The notes beneath the pieces were generated by a model. The model was given only the letters and a program-made list of their open reading frames with translations. It searched no databases and was not told the origin of the DNA. A program made the position numbers and the translations under genes. From Promethearchaeota archaeon (lineage in GTDB: Archaea; Asgardarchaeota; Heimdallarchaeia; Hodarchaeales; Hodarchaeaceae), in the NCBI GenBank assembly GCA_048938105.1, contig JBHLMN010000001.1, positions 428,921 through 492,920 of the forward strand: a DNA stretch of 64,000 bases, read 5' to 3'. Positions 39,506 to 50,658 of the stretch are shown here, in pieces (within the stretch, counting starts at the first letter, position 1; every line of letters starts with the position of its first letter).

Positions 39506-41290
39506 ATGGTGGGTGTGATAGGAGGATTGGGCTCATGGGTCTTTCGATTAGCAATTTCACTTATCTATGAGGTCTTTTTTTCGCTACCAATGCATATATT
39601 GAACCTTTTAGGATTATCTTTCATTAATTGGATACCTTTTCTTCTTGCTCCAATTATTGGTAGTTTAATTGTGGGTTATCTCACCTCACGAGTGTCAAAA
39701 GAAACAAAAGGGCACGGGGTTCCCGAAGTTATTGAATCGGTTGCTTTAAATAATGGAAAAATGAATTTAAGGGTTCCTTTCGTCAAGATCATTGCTTCTG
39801 CAACAACTATTGGCTCTGGTGGATCAGCAGGACGAGAAGGACCGATCTCTCAGATTGGGGCTGGATTTGCGTCCTTAGTAGGACAGAAATTGAATCTTCC
39901 TCCCAAAGAATTGCGGATTCTGGTAATTTCAGGAGTCGCAGCAGGAATAGCGGCTACATTTAATGCACCTATCGGGGGATCACTATTTGCCTTGGAAGTA
40001 TTAACGGGAGAAGGGGGGGCCATAGGGTTATTGATTCCAATAATAATAGCTGCTGTTGTTGGTGTAATAACAGGACAACTCTTACTGGGAACAAATCCCG
40101 CTTTCATTGGATTCCCTACTTTAGAATATCATGAGCCATACTTAATCCCACTTTTTGTGATTTTAGGTTTAATTTGTGGAATAGGCTCTGCATTATGGAT
40201 CAAATTCTTTTATAAAGCAGAAGATATATTTGAATATATATTTAAGAAGCTTAACATTCCTGATATCTTGCAACCAGTTTTTGGGGGGATATTTGTGGGC
40301 TTGACATTAGTTTTGACATACTTTATTGTTGGTGATCAATGGGAAACATTCACCACCATGGGACATACCTATCTTCCCATAGATTCTGTTTTCCTGGGTT
40401 CATTGTTACAAGGATCTGTTCTGCTAGTTCTCTTTATATTAACTTCACTATTTGTTCTGAAAACCCTTAATACTGCATTCACAATCGGTACTGGTGGTTC
40501 AGGAGGAGTATTTGCTCCCACTTTGTTTTTAGGGGTCATGTTAGGGGCGATATTTGGAATCATTGTAGATGATATCATTATTATTTCCAATACTCCAATA
40601 TCTCTACTCGCTTTATTAGGAATGGCTGCGTTTTTTGCAGGAACAGGTCGTGCACCATTAACAAGTATTATTATGACTGCAGAAATGACAGGAGATTATT
40701 TCTTAGCCATTCCCTTAATGATAGTAGTTTCAATCAGTTGGATCGTTTCAATAGTTCTTGAGAAAGACAATATTTATACTCTGAAACTTATTAGGAGAGG
40801 AGTCGTCTTACAGGAACCTCTCGCTGATATCCTTGAAACCATAACGGTCGAAAAAGCAATGATCCCAAGGGATAAAGTAATCGTGGTAGATACCAAGACA
40901 AGATTAGAAACAGTTTTGGAACTTGCCCGTACTACTCGTCACGAGGGATTTCCAGTAGTTGAAAAAGATCTGTTACTTGGGGTAATCACATTAAATGATG
41001 TCCAACAGGCATTATATAACTCTCCGAAGGATTGGAATGTATTTGATGTCTTGTTAACCAAGAAAAAAAATCTTATTTGTATACATAAGGAGGCAGCTTT
41101 AATGCATGCTGTTCATATTATGGAAAAAAAGGATATTTCTCGTCTTCCTGTGGTAGAAAAACATAGTCAGAAAGACGAATTTCCTAAGTTAATTGGGTGG
41201 ATAACACACCATGATATAATAAGAATCTATATATCAGAAAAAGCACTTGCAACCCTTCAAGCATCTGAAGAACATATATTTTCTTATTAA
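39506..41290 (+). CDS. CLC chloride channel/antiporter with CBS domains
   Basis: GHGVPEV, GSAGREGP, GGVFAP, C-terminal CBS pair. Confidence 0.94.
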   Translation: MVGVIGGLGSWVFRLAISLIYEVFFSLPMHILNLLGLSFINWIPFLLAPIIGSLIVGYLTSRVSKETKGHGVPEVIESVALNNGKMNLRVPFVKIIASATTIGSGGSAGREGPISQIGAGFASLVGQKLNLPPKELRILVISGVAAGIAATFNAPIGGSLFALEVLTGEGGAIGLLIPIIIAAVVGVITGQLLLGTNPAFIGFPTLEYHEPYLIPLFVILGLICGIGSALWIKFFYKAEDIFEYIFKKLNIPDILQPVFGGIFVGLTLVLTYFIVGDQWETFTTMGHTYLPIDSVFLGSLLQGSVLLVLFILTSLFVLKTLNTAFTIGTGGSGGVFAPTLFLGVMLGAIFGIIVDDIIIISNTPISLLALLGMAAFFAGTGRAPLTSIIMTAEMTGDYFLAIPLMIVVSISWIVSIVLEKDNIYTLKLIRRGVVLQEPLADILETITVEKAMIPRDKVIVVDTKTRLETVLELARTTRHEGFPVVEKDLLLGVITLNDVQQALYNSPKDWNVFDVLLTKKKNLICIHKEAALMHAVHIMEKKDISRLPVVEKHSQKDEFPKLIGWITHHDIIRIYISEKALATLQASEEHIFSY

Positions 41291-41366
41291 ACAACCACTG
41301 GATTCAGTATATATTTTCTCTCACTTGAGTTTCCCCTTTCAATCATAAGTTAATTACTCAAACTAA

Positions 41367-41771
41367 TTATTTTTTTTTGTAAAATGGCCACTGAGAAACC
41401 CAACCCTTACCAATGGGTAAAGTTGGAGATAATCGCTGTTCTGTTATCAGCCAAACCATTCCTATCCCTAGTAACAAAATTACTGGAAGCATTATACCGA
41501 TCATATACCAAGTGAGATCTTGTCCCAGGACAGAAAAAGGTGGGATGTCAAAGGTAATCCCTATCGTAATCGTATAGTAAAGGGTAAAGTCAAGTAGGAA
41601 ACCAGCTCTTAACCCAACGATGAATAAAACATCTTTATCTTCCATTTGTTTCCATAAAATCACTAATAATATTAGAAGTTCCCGTAACCCAAACACTAGC
41701 CATGTCAAAATAAATAAATTAGATCCTAATAGTGATAGTTGAACATCTCTAAGAACAGCTGCGAGAATCAT
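41367..41771 (-). CDS. Membrane hypothetical protein
   Basis: 3-4 TM segments. Confidence 0.55.
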   Translation of the reverse strand: MILAAVLRDVQLSLLGSNLFILTWLVFGLRELLILLVILWKQMEDKDVLFIVGLRAGFLLDFTLYYTITIGITFDIPPFSVLGQDLTWYMIGIMLPVILLLGIGMVWLITEQRLSPTLPIGKGWVSQWPFYKKK

Positions 41772-41922
41772 GAATGTTAGGCCAATAAAACAACCTACAA
41801 CATGGAAAAGAGATGCTGGACGCAGTTTAATCTCCTATTTTTTGTACACCTATTACTCGAATTAACAGTCCTCATCTTTAAGATTTTCGATCCCACTTTT
41901 ACCGAATAGCTCTAGTGTTACT

Positions 41923-42708
41923 TTAGTCTGAAAAAGCATTCTTAACCTCTTTTAGAAATGAGTCTCTTTCTGTAAAGAATGATTTGATTGGTTTGCCGTT
42001 AACAATGCAGAAAGAGATTTTTCCACGCTTCTCACATTCCACAGGCTCATTATATTGATTAATGATCCTTATCGGGGCCTGTGGTACCGCTTCCTCTACC
42101 AATTTCTTGATAGCTTTAGTAAAACGAACACAAAAAGGACATGAGATGTCAACGAAAATTAATACTTTTCCTTCATCCTCTTTTTGAGGAATATAGCACG
42201 TATATTTCGGAACATATACAAATCCCTTTTGAATAGGATAATAGAGGAGAAAAGGGTGATTATCGTAAACTTTTTGAAAGCCTCCAAGAATAAAGAATTC
42301 CTTTTGAGAGAAGCGCCCAGGCACATCAAATGTATGTGCTACAAGTGCCAATGGTGGTTTGTCATTAAAATAATGTTGAGGGTATTGCATCTCTTCAAGT
42401 AACGCTTTTAATAAGGCATTACCCACTCCTCTACGATGATACTCCTTTTCAGGTACAAATATACATGTTATCTTAATTAAACGCTCATCAATATCTGGTA
42501 AGTACTGAATAAATCCAACAAGTTTTGAATTGAAAAAAGCTAGTTTGGCAATGCTTCCATATTTCTTTAGATTCTGCTTTATCCATTTTTTCTTTAGCTT
42601 AGATCCTTCTATAAAAAGGGGATCATCTTGTTGGTCAGGTGGAAGACACAAGTTGATCAGATCATCAATATGTGCCATATTGAGGTCTTTAAGTTCAATT
42701 CTTGTCAA
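41923..42708 (-). CDS. GNAT acetyltransferase with YoaP/thioredoxin-like C-terminus
   Basis: VGFIQYLP, ITCIFV..YHRRGVG, C-terminal CPFC. Confidence 0.82.
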   Translation of the reverse strand: MTRIELKDLNMAHIDDLINLCLPPDQQDDPLFIEGSKLKKKWIKQNLKKYGSIAKLAFFNSKLVGFIQYLPDIDERLIKITCIFVPEKEYHRRGVGNALLKALLEEMQYPQHYFNDKPPLALVAHTFDVPGRFSQKEFFILGGFQKVYDNHPFLLYYPIQKGFVYVPKYTCYIPQKEDEGKVLIFVDISCPFCVRFTKAIKKLVEEAVPQAPIRIINQYNEPVECEKRGKISFCIVNGKPIKSFFTERDSFLKEVKNAFSD

Positions 42709-42791
42709 TACATTCTACTCATATGATTTAAATCGGAATTTTCGAGACATTAAAGAAGAAAGATAGCCAAACCTCTTACAAAGAAGTGAGA

Positions 42792-42864
42792 GGGCGTCGA
42801 TCCAGAGAGTAATTCAGCTTCTATTAGCTCGTCAGGGTCACTCCATCAGAAGTTCTGACATCAA
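42792..42864 (-). repeat. rnpB 3'-end fragment, copy 2 (short, ~73 bp; att-like scar)
   Basis: GGGCGTCGATCCAGAGAGTAAT...TTCTGACATCAA matches 60629-60701 with several substitutions. Confidence 0.88.
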
Positions 42865-42949
42865 AGTACGTGTCGTTCATTAAATTTACCCTGAAATCTT
42901 TTTAAATTTATAGGGAAATGGAAGTATCTGAATGTGAGGGATAAAGAAG

Positions 42950-45019
42950 TTGAAGAAATATCATTTGAATCTAGTATTTAGATCTCTTTTATTCTTTATT
43001 TTGATTAGGACTATGCTCTACAATTCATCTATAAATTCATTAGATTCTGATGAGACATTAAGTCCACTAAAGGCTACTTCTATAGAAGCTAAAACAAGTT
43101 ATTACGATATTTCTAATTATATATATGTTGAGAATGACTCTGAATTAGCCAAAGTAGCAAGTAGCGGCAGCGGCTTAAACGAAGACCCCTATATCATCGA
43201 GCGCAAAAATATAACCACAACCTTTCCTTTGGGAATCTATATCAGTGGTACATCAAAATATTTTGTAATTAGAAATTGTTTTGTTAGTACGGGTCTGATT
43301 TGGGGTCATATTGGGATTTATCTAGAATATGTAGCAGCAGGAACAGCTAGGATCATTAACAATACCTGCAAAAATAACAGTGATGGAATAAAAATCTATT
43401 ATTCAAACAATTGCACAATTAGCAACAATACTTGTCAAAACAATAGTCTAGGATTTTTCACCGCAGGAATATCAATCTATCATTCTAATAATTGTATAAT
43501 AAATAATAACACTTGTAAAGGAAATGTTGTTGGAATTAATATTGAGAATTCCAATTCAGCATTAGTTTTGAATAATTCGTGTAGTCAGAACATACAGGGA
43601 GGTGTTAATATCATTAATTGTGAGTTTATACAAATTATTAACAATACATTCTTTGATAACAGCATTAGATTCAATACTTTCACGAAAAAGAGCTACTTTT
43701 CATATGTAGTCCAAAATAATTTTTTTGACTCCCTCCCTATTGGCTATATTATCAATCAAAGCGATATATTAATTTCGAAAATTTATAGACAACTCATTCT
43801 AGTCAATTGTATAAATGTTACTATTCGTGATTATGATAATACAATTCTAGCCTTAAATTTTTACTATTGCACGAGTTGCCACATCATCAATAATAGTTTC
43901 GCTCATACTTGGTCTGGTGTGGAACTTTTAGGTTCGATCGCTATACGGATCCATAATAATACGTTCTTAGATTGTTACATAGGTCTATCCACTGTTTTCT
44001 CTAATTCCTCTTTCATTACCAACAACTCATTTTTTCAATGTATGGCTGGTATTTATTTAAGTCATTCTTCTTCTTCAATATTAACTAACAATTTATGTAA
44101 TCAAAATGAGGCATTTGGAATATATGTTGGGTACCAATCGCCAAATACTATTATTGACAGTAATATCTGTAATCACAATAAAGGAAATGGAATTCAGACT
44201 GAAGATGCAGGATCACCTATTCTGAAAAACAATTTATGTAATGAGAATAGTCGTTATGGTATAGATATTGAGGATAAAGCCAGTGTTATAAATAATACAT
44301 GCAATCAAAATGGATTGGAAGGTATTCAACTTTTTGATTTTGAATCATCTAGCGTTAGTAATAATACTTGTAACGAAAATAATGGGAGTGGTATTTTCAT
44401 ATGGTCTTCAGATAACGTTATTGCTTCTAACAACAATTGTACGAAAAATAAAATAAGTGGAATACAACTATTATCGTCAGGTTCCTCAATAATTAAGAAA
44501 AATTTCTGTACACACAATGATCGCGATGGACTTCTGCTTGAGCGTTCTGATGACTGCATTATCAGTTTTAATTCTTTTGAACACAACACTGAATATGGGG
44601 TTACACTTAGTGACGAATCCTCCAACAATATTATATATTCCAACCGTTTTATTGATAATGGGGTAACTAAAAATTTCAATTCTCAAGCTTATGACGATTC
44701 AATGAATAATTCTTGGTATGATTCATCAAGGAGTGTAGGTAATTGCTGGTCTGATTATTCTGGGTCTGGGTTTTATGTTATTGCTGGGACTGCAGATTCG
44801 GTAGATCAATATCCAAACTATTGCGATAACAAAACATCTATCAGTACATTTACTCAGGTGCCTTTATCTAACTCTTCTATCCAACCAACTTCTATAAGTC
44901 AAACTTCTGTAACAACCAGACTTATTACGACAACTTCGATAGCCTTAGTTCATGGTTTTGGGATTATCCTAATATTTGTGACAGCTGTTCTGGCAAGGAT
45001 GAAAAGAAGAAACAGATAG
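42950..45019 (+). CDS. NosD/right-handed parallel beta-helix surface protein with S/T linker and C-terminal TM anchor
   Basis: GSG..EDPYII, many NNTC..N..GI repeats, GNCWSDY, hydrophobic tail followed by KRRNR. Confidence 0.88.
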   Translation: MKKYHLNLVFRSLLFFILIRTMLYNSSINSLDSDETLSPLKATSIEAKTSYYDISNYIYVENDSELAKVASSGSGLNEDPYIIERKNITTTFPLGIYISGTSKYFVIRNCFVSTGLIWGHIGIYLEYVAAGTARIINNTCKNNSDGIKIYYSNNCTISNNTCQNNSLGFFTAGISIYHSNNCIINNNTCKGNVVGINIENSNSALVLNNSCSQNIQGGVNIINCEFIQIINNTFFDNSIRFNTFTKKSYFSYVVQNNFFDSLPIGYIINQSDILISKIYRQLILVNCINVTIRDYDNTILALNFYYCTSCHIINNSFAHTWSGVELLGSIAIRIHNNTFLDCYIGLSTVFSNSSFITNNSFFQCMAGIYLSHSSSSILTNNLCNQNEAFGIYVGYQSPNTIIDSNICNHNKGNGIQTEDAGSPILKNNLCNENSRYGIDIEDKASVINNTCNQNGLEGIQLFDFESSSVSNNTCNENNGSGIFIWSSDNVIASNNNCTKNKISGIQLLSSGSSIIKKNFCTHNDRDGLLLERSDDCIISFNSFEHNTEYGVTLSDESSNNIIYSNRFIDNGVTKNFNSQAYDDSMNNSWYDSSRSVGNCWSDYSGSGFYVIAGTADSVDQYPNYCDNKTSISTFTQVPLSNSSIQPTSISQTSVTTRLITTTSIALVHGFGIILIFVTAVLARMKRRNR

Positions 45020-45298
45020 TATTGAATGATATCTTCTTTGGACTCAAGGTCAGTTTTAAATGGAGCCATATCATTACAAGTCTCATTAATGTAAAAGACG
45101 TGAGAAGGGTTAGGTTTGATCTTGTTTCTATCACTTAGGCTTTTACGGTTGATTTTCAATAATTTTCCCTTAAGAGAAATTTACTAAGATTGGAAGTCAT
45201 TTTAATTTAATATTATTATGAATATTTTTAATTACAAAAAATATCAGGTTTTTTAAATGGACTCAGAAATAATCCTCATATAATCAATTCAATGAAAG

Positions 45299-46312
45299 GT
45301 GATCCATATATCATCTCAAGAGAAACAGCCTCATCCTGCATGGTATAAAGTAAGTGAAATTAATTATGGTCGTGAAACTATTATCTGGATAACAATCATG
45401 GGTCTAATCTTAAGTGTGATTGGAACTTTCATTAGTATATTGTTTTTATTCTTCTTAGGGATAATTAATCTCCCAAGGGAATTCCAAATCATTATTGATC
45501 CTGTTTCCCCTCTTATTGTTATGTTGATTATTGGATGCTTTCATGAAGGAATTCATGGTCTTGTTTTTAAATTCTATGGAAAAAATGTAAAATATGGATT
45601 CAAAATTATGTATAATGTTATTCCTGTTTTCTATGCTTATTCTAAAGGAATTTTCTTTAGGAACCAACTTATCATCGTCTGTTTAGCCCCTTGTTTTCTG
45701 ATCACAGCTGCCCTTTCAATTATTTTGATTATAACTATTTATCAAAACTTAGTTTGGATTTCATTATTTCTTATTGCAATAATTCTTGCTCATCTTGCGG
45801 GATGTGGTGGAGATTTCTATCTCACATATCAATTATTGAAATATCCTTCAACAGTAATTGTAGAAAATACAGGAGTTGATGATCCATTCATTATTTGGAA
45901 TGATTCAGAATTAAAATCACTGAACTATTCTATTATTCCCCAAACTTGGATTATTCCTAGATATCTGAATCCAGTACTAAAATATAGCAGAAATTTAGCA
46001 AGTGGTTTATGTCTATTCCTTCTATTGGTAATATTAGGAGTAACAATTCTAGGTATACTTCTTCCAGTGATAATGATACCACTGATGACAAAAGAACTTC
46101 AACTGTTGGGTTTTCATTATATAAGAACTTCAATTGGGATAGAAATTAGCTGGGTTCATCCCTGGGAATTACTAATGATTAGCTTCCTAGGAACTATTTC
46201 AATTTATGTTAGTTATAGGAAGATCTTCAGTTTAAAACGAAAGAAATCATTAGAAAGTGAAGTAGATGATTCTTCTGAAAATGAAAATGCAGGAATCCCA
46301 TTTTTTATTTAA
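45299..46312 (+). CDS. DUF3267-type membrane zinc metalloprotease
   Basis: HEGIH, LAP, AGCGGD motifs; multi-TM. Confidence 0.82.
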   Translation: MIHISSQEKQPHPAWYKVSEINYGRETIIWITIMGLILSVIGTFISILFLFFLGIINLPREFQIIIDPVSPLIVMLIIGCFHEGIHGLVFKFYGKNVKYGFKIMYNVIPVFYAYSKGIFFRNQLIIVCLAPCFLITAALSIILIITIYQNLVWISLFLIAIILAHLAGCGGDFYLTYQLLKYPSTVIVENTGVDDPFIIWNDSELKSLNYSIIPQTWIIPRYLNPVLKYSRNLASGLCLFLLLVILGVTILGILLPVIMIPLMTKELQLLGFHYIRTSIGIEISWVHPWELLMISFLGTISIYVSYRKIFSLKRKKSLESEVDDSSENENAGIPFFI

Positions 46313-46488
46313 AAAATCAATAGCTATTAACAAAAGGATTCAATGAGATGAAAAAGGAGAAAGACCGATGAGGAACAAGCGAGCATTTAAAGACAAAATT
46401 GTGACCCTCACGGATTTTTTCAGTGCCTAGCACTCCTTCTTCCTTTAGTTTTTATAATAGTACAGTAGTAATTGACAGGAAAGGTATA

Positions 46489-47931
46489 TTACTTATTATA
46501 TAGTAGTAATCTGGTTTCGAGGTCTGGATTTTTCATGTCTAGTTGAAGAAACGTTTTTAATATTTGAAACCCAGCTAAATGGTCGTTAGGAGGAGCTTTC
46601 CATAATTTCATTGAGTCACCTCCCATAAATCGCAAATAGAACGTTTGTTTAGATTTTTCAATATTGAGAAGAGCTTTTTTCGGGATTATGAGGGAAGTGA
46701 TTTCTTTTTGGAAAACTTTGTTTGAAATGTTTATGAATACTCCCCAAAATTCAATATATTTCCGACTAATAACATCTGTTAGGAAAAGATATCCAAACAA
46801 TAATGAGATTAATGAGATAATTATAGAGATTAGAAAAAATACAATAATGCCAATTTCTTGAGGAGACTTAGAAAAATCTCCATTAGGAAGCGTAGATCCA
46901 TTAGATATGATATATAGAGTTAATATGATGAGGAGAGCTAATACACAAAGGAAAAATATTAAGAATGTAGTAATAATTATTCTTCCCAATATATTTATAT
47001 TCCCTCTTTTCTTTGCACGAAGAATATAAACATCATGATGGGATTCTATATCAAATTTTGTTTTAAGGGGTTTGTATTGGTCAACTAAGTCATTCAAAGG
47101 AAGCCCCTTTACTTTTGTATAAGGATCTAGATCATCATTTTTTTCTATAATTTGGTCAATGACAGTTAAAATGTTATGACTTGGAAAGACAGTAGATGTG
47201 GATTTATGCGGACGATTACGAAATTTTTTCCACTGACTTAGCTCTACTGAACCTTTTGTTACAATCAATACAGGATAATGACTGAGTATGTGAATGAGCT
47301 TATAGTAAAACGGGGCTACATTGGCTAGTCCTGCCCATGTCCACATTTTTATTGGGTCATCGGATTCTGAGAATTCTAGTTGATTGTAAAACCTAACTGA
47401 GATAAAATAACTCCTTGTGCTTACTCGAATTTCAACACTTTCGACCTGTTCTAAATTGATCTGATCTGTTACTACTTGGGTGTAAAAATCTCGAATTGAA
47501 TAAAGAACCTTATTAACAGAATCATGAATAATGTGGTGTCTTGGAAGGTTTATAAAGATTATAACCCATCCAGTCAAAGATAATAGACCCTGAAAAACCA
47601 AGATAAATATGAATAATTCTAAATCAAATCGATTACAGATAAAATTGAATAAGATAAAGATCATGACCGTTAAAACCAATAAATACTGTTTCCAAGGGAC
47701 ATGACATGTCTGGTTTGGCCATTTTAACATTAAGTACCCAATGCTGATAAGTAAAAGCGCAAGTAACATAACGAAACCATTTATGGTTAACGTTATTAGT
47801 TCTGAATTGATTATAAATACAATAATAAAGAATAAGGAGTGAAGAAAGATACCAAAAAGGGAATTGACAACAGAATATAATCTAGATCCCATAGGTATTT
47901 TCAAATTATTCTCTAATGCGTAGTACTCCAC
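46489..47931 (-). CDS. Membrane hypothetical protein
   Basis: 480 aa, 4+2 TM segments, each group followed by a soluble beta-rich domain. Confidence 0.72.
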   Translation of the reverse strand: MEYYALENNLKIPMGSRLYSVVNSLFGIFLHSLFFIIVFIINSELITLTINGFVMLLALLLISIGYLMLKWPNQTCHVPWKQYLLVLTVMIFILFNFICNRFDLELFIFILVFQGLLSLTGWVIIFINLPRHHIIHDSVNKVLYSIRDFYTQVVTDQINLEQVESVEIRVSTRSYFISVRFYNQLEFSESDDPIKMWTWAGLANVAPFYYKLIHILSHYPVLIVTKGSVELSQWKKFRNRPHKSTSTVFPSHNILTVIDQIIEKNDDLDPYTKVKGLPLNDLVDQYKPLKTKFDIESHHDVYILRAKKRGNINILGRIIITTFLIFFLCVLALLIILTLYIISNGSTLPNGDFSKSPQEIGIIVFFLISIIISLISLLFGYLFLTDVISRKYIEFWGVFINISNKVFQKEITSLIIPKKALLNIEKSKQTFYLRFMGGDSMKLWKAPPNDHLAGFQILKTFLQLDMKNPDLETRLLLYNK

Positions 47932-48077
47932 AAAATTGCCCTCTAGATAACATAATGCATTCTGATTTTCAAATACTCTGGGATTTAATTGTATATTATC
48001 CTTTAAAATGTTATAGATCCAAAACTTTTAGAGGAGGAGTAAATTAAAATTTCAGTAAGTTAGATGGGTATTGAAAT

Positions 48078-48878
48078 ATGAAAGAAGTGCAACCTATTAT
48101 TGACATAAGAGGTTTAATAAAGAATTATGGTACATTCCCTGTATTCGATAGACTATCATTGACAGTCAACAAAGGTTCTTGTACTGGCCTAGTTGGGCCT
48201 AATGGGTCGGGGAAGACCACTTTGTACAAATGCTTACTTGGTTTCACCGATGTAACATATGGCCAAATTTCTTTTTTTGGAGACGAAACATGCAAAGACG
48301 GTCTTGTAAGACACCAGAGTTTACACACCTGTAGAAAACGTATTGGTTATGTTCCAGAAGAGAATGTCTTTTACGAACATTTATCTCCAAAAGAATACCT
48401 CCAGATGGTTGCCTCTGTCATTCGAATACCAAAGGACGTTCAAACCATTCGCGTAAACGCATTGCTAAGTGCATTTAAATTGGAACGTTGGGCGGAGCAG
48501 ATGATAACCACCTTATCTGAAGGAAATAGACAACGTTTATCTATCGCTGCTGCCTTTATCCAAGGACCTGAACTTCTACTTCTGGATGAACCTCTTAACG
48601 GACTTGATCCTGGTGGAAGACATTACTGCCTTAATTTACTCTCACAATTCACGGATAAAGGTGTGCCTGAACTCGCTATTACTTCTCCAGGAACTATTCT
48701 TATCAGCAGTCATTTACTTGGAGATATAGAGCGTATTTGTACGGACGTTATAATATTGAACCATGAATGTCAAGTAGTAGCTCGTGGTTCACTCTCTGAG
48801 GTACGTAATAGACTAACCGAGGATGCAAACCTTGAGGATGTTTACCTCGCTGTAGTTGAAGGTTGGGAGGAAGAATAA
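48078..48878 (+). CDS. ABC transporter ATP-binding protein (exporter type)
   Basis: GPNGSGKT, LSEG, LLLDEP, SSH. Confidence 0.93.
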   Translation: MKEVQPIIDIRGLIKNYGTFPVFDRLSLTVNKGSCTGLVGPNGSGKTTLYKCLLGFTDVTYGQISFFGDETCKDGLVRHQSLHTCRKRIGYVPEENVFYEHLSPKEYLQMVASVIRIPKDVQTIRVNALLSAFKLERWAEQMITTLSEGNRQRLSIAAAFIQGPELLLLDEPLNGLDPGGRHYCLNLLSQFTDKGVPELAITSPGTILISSHLLGDIERICTDVIILNHECQVVARGSLSEVRNRLTEDANLEDVYLAVVEGWEEE

Positions 48879-50342
48879 TTGGAAATAATGAGGGATTTAT
48901 TTGAGAAAGTTTATTATTTAAGTTGTTTACGAATAAAAATTGGTTTTAAAAGACATTCTCCTATTATCTTTGCAATTGGTATATTGTTTCTTTTGTTTTA
49001 TGCTTTGATTTTTGGAATTCTTTTAGTTATTCTTTTCTTAGGTATTTTCTCACAACAAAACTTCCAACCACCAATTCCTTATAGAGATTTATTATCATTC
49101 GGATTTTTAGCCTTTTTTGCCACAATCTTGTCTTATTTGATTACTGCTGGAGCGACTGGACTTCGAAACCCTTTTATTAGTGGGCGGCAGGATGCTCACT
49201 TTTTTCAGCGCATCCCAGTTGAATCATTTGTAATGTATGTCTCAACACAAATAATTGAGCCTCTCAAAATAGCCTTACTATTTGGACCGATGATTGTGTT
49301 TCTGTTCGGTCCTTTAATGCTGGTACTTCATTTACCTTGGTGGAGAATAGTAGGTGTACTAATTGTATGTTTCCTTACCTACATTCTTTGTGAAAACATG
49401 GCACAATTAGCTTTCTTTACTCTTAGGAGGTTCAGGCGTAAAGGAAGTTGGTCCTTAATATGGATAGAATATAATTCTCTAATTGGCGGTATATGTATTC
49501 TAGGAATTCCTGTAATAGCACTTCTATTGTTACAACAAAATATTATCACCAATTTCAAAACTCTTACCAATTATACTCTTTTCCCCTTGGTTAATACAGC
49601 AGTATCAGCAACAGGTTTTTTCTTCCGGTCTGGTGTTCCTTTAGTAAGCTGGTTTGCTCTGTTAATTCTATTTTTGGAATCAGTCATACTTTCATGTGTC
49701 GCTAGCATTGTTGCAGTGAAATACAAACCAATGGAGGACATAACAGAGATCATACCTGTATTATCATTTCAAGCAACACAAATAGAAGATCTTATTGGTG
49801 GGAAAACTATTGAACCCCCTGAGCTAATTAACGAAAATATCAAAGGTACAACCATTATCAGTGGTAAATCACCTTGGCGAGCTTATTTATTAAAAGATTG
49901 GCTTGCTATTAAACGTATTCGCATGTTACGGAACCAATTTTATCAAGCTCCGATTATTGTTATTGGAATTATCATTATTATTTTATTCGTTATACCGAAA
50001 GAGAATACATTATCCCATATAATACTAATCTTAGCTATTTATCGAATGGCCGAATTTTGTATGCAAATTATGCAACTAGAAATTAAGGATCCAATGCAGC
50101 GTTTCCCAGTTAATCCATGGGATATGAGAAAAAGTAAGTTTCTCCTTGGCCTCTTAGGAACAGGTTTTTATAGTATTCCTTTGTTAGTAGTTAAAGGACC
50201 AATTAGTTTATTGATCATAATCCTTATATCAGGACTGAGTATAATTCTTGGGAAGACAAAATTAATAAACTCCAAGCTTACCAGATACTTCATATTATTA
50301 ATGATTGCATTTTTGACAACATTATTACTCTTGTTATTTTGA
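48879..50342 (+). CDS. Putative ABC exporter permease
   Basis: About 11 TM segments. Abuts the ATPase gene. Confidence 0.78.
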   Translation: MEIMRDLFEKVYYLSCLRIKIGFKRHSPIIFAIGILFLLFYALIFGILLVILFLGIFSQQNFQPPIPYRDLLSFGFLAFFATILSYLITAGATGLRNPFISGRQDAHFFQRIPVESFVMYVSTQIIEPLKIALLFGPMIVFLFGPLMLVLHLPWWRIVGVLIVCFLTYILCENMAQLAFFTLRRFRRKGSWSLIWIEYNSLIGGICILGIPVIALLLLQQNIITNFKTLTNYTLFPLVNTAVSATGFFFRSGVPLVSWFALLILFLESVILSCVASIVAVKYKPMEDITEIIPVLSFQATQIEDLIGGKTIEPPELINENIKGTTIISGKSPWRAYLLKDWLAIKRIRMLRNQFYQAPIIVIGIIIIILFVIPKENTLSHIILILAIYRMAEFCMQIMQLEIKDPMQRFPVNPWDMRKSKFLLGLLGTGFYSIPLLVVKGPISLLIIILISGLSIILGKTKLINSKLTRYFILLMIAFLTTLLLLLF

Positions 50343-50658
50343 GTTTCTTCCTCCAATAATTCCTATTATGAAGAAGTTATGTGGAATGTGAAGTCTTTCT
50401 TAGAATTCCACCTTATTAGTGGGAAAAAGTTTTATTTCTCTGTAGGTGGTGTTTTTTTCGCAAGAATTAACTAACCCACACGCTTTGGGCACCATGCTTT
50501 TAAAGGAAGGATGTGTCAAAAAGCTAGATATCCTTGCTTTTACAGGGGGTAAGTAACGATTGGACGGTTGATTGAAAAGAATTACAAATAATAATTGCAT
50601 TGGAATGATAGACATTCCGAAATGTTTTAGAAAACAGCCACTTATTTTATTAAATCGT

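Noticed and set aside
50400-50615. 71-aa ORF between the two ABC modules as an exported peptide substrate
   Set aside because: No SD, leader or motif support. It cannot be distinguished from a chance ORF.
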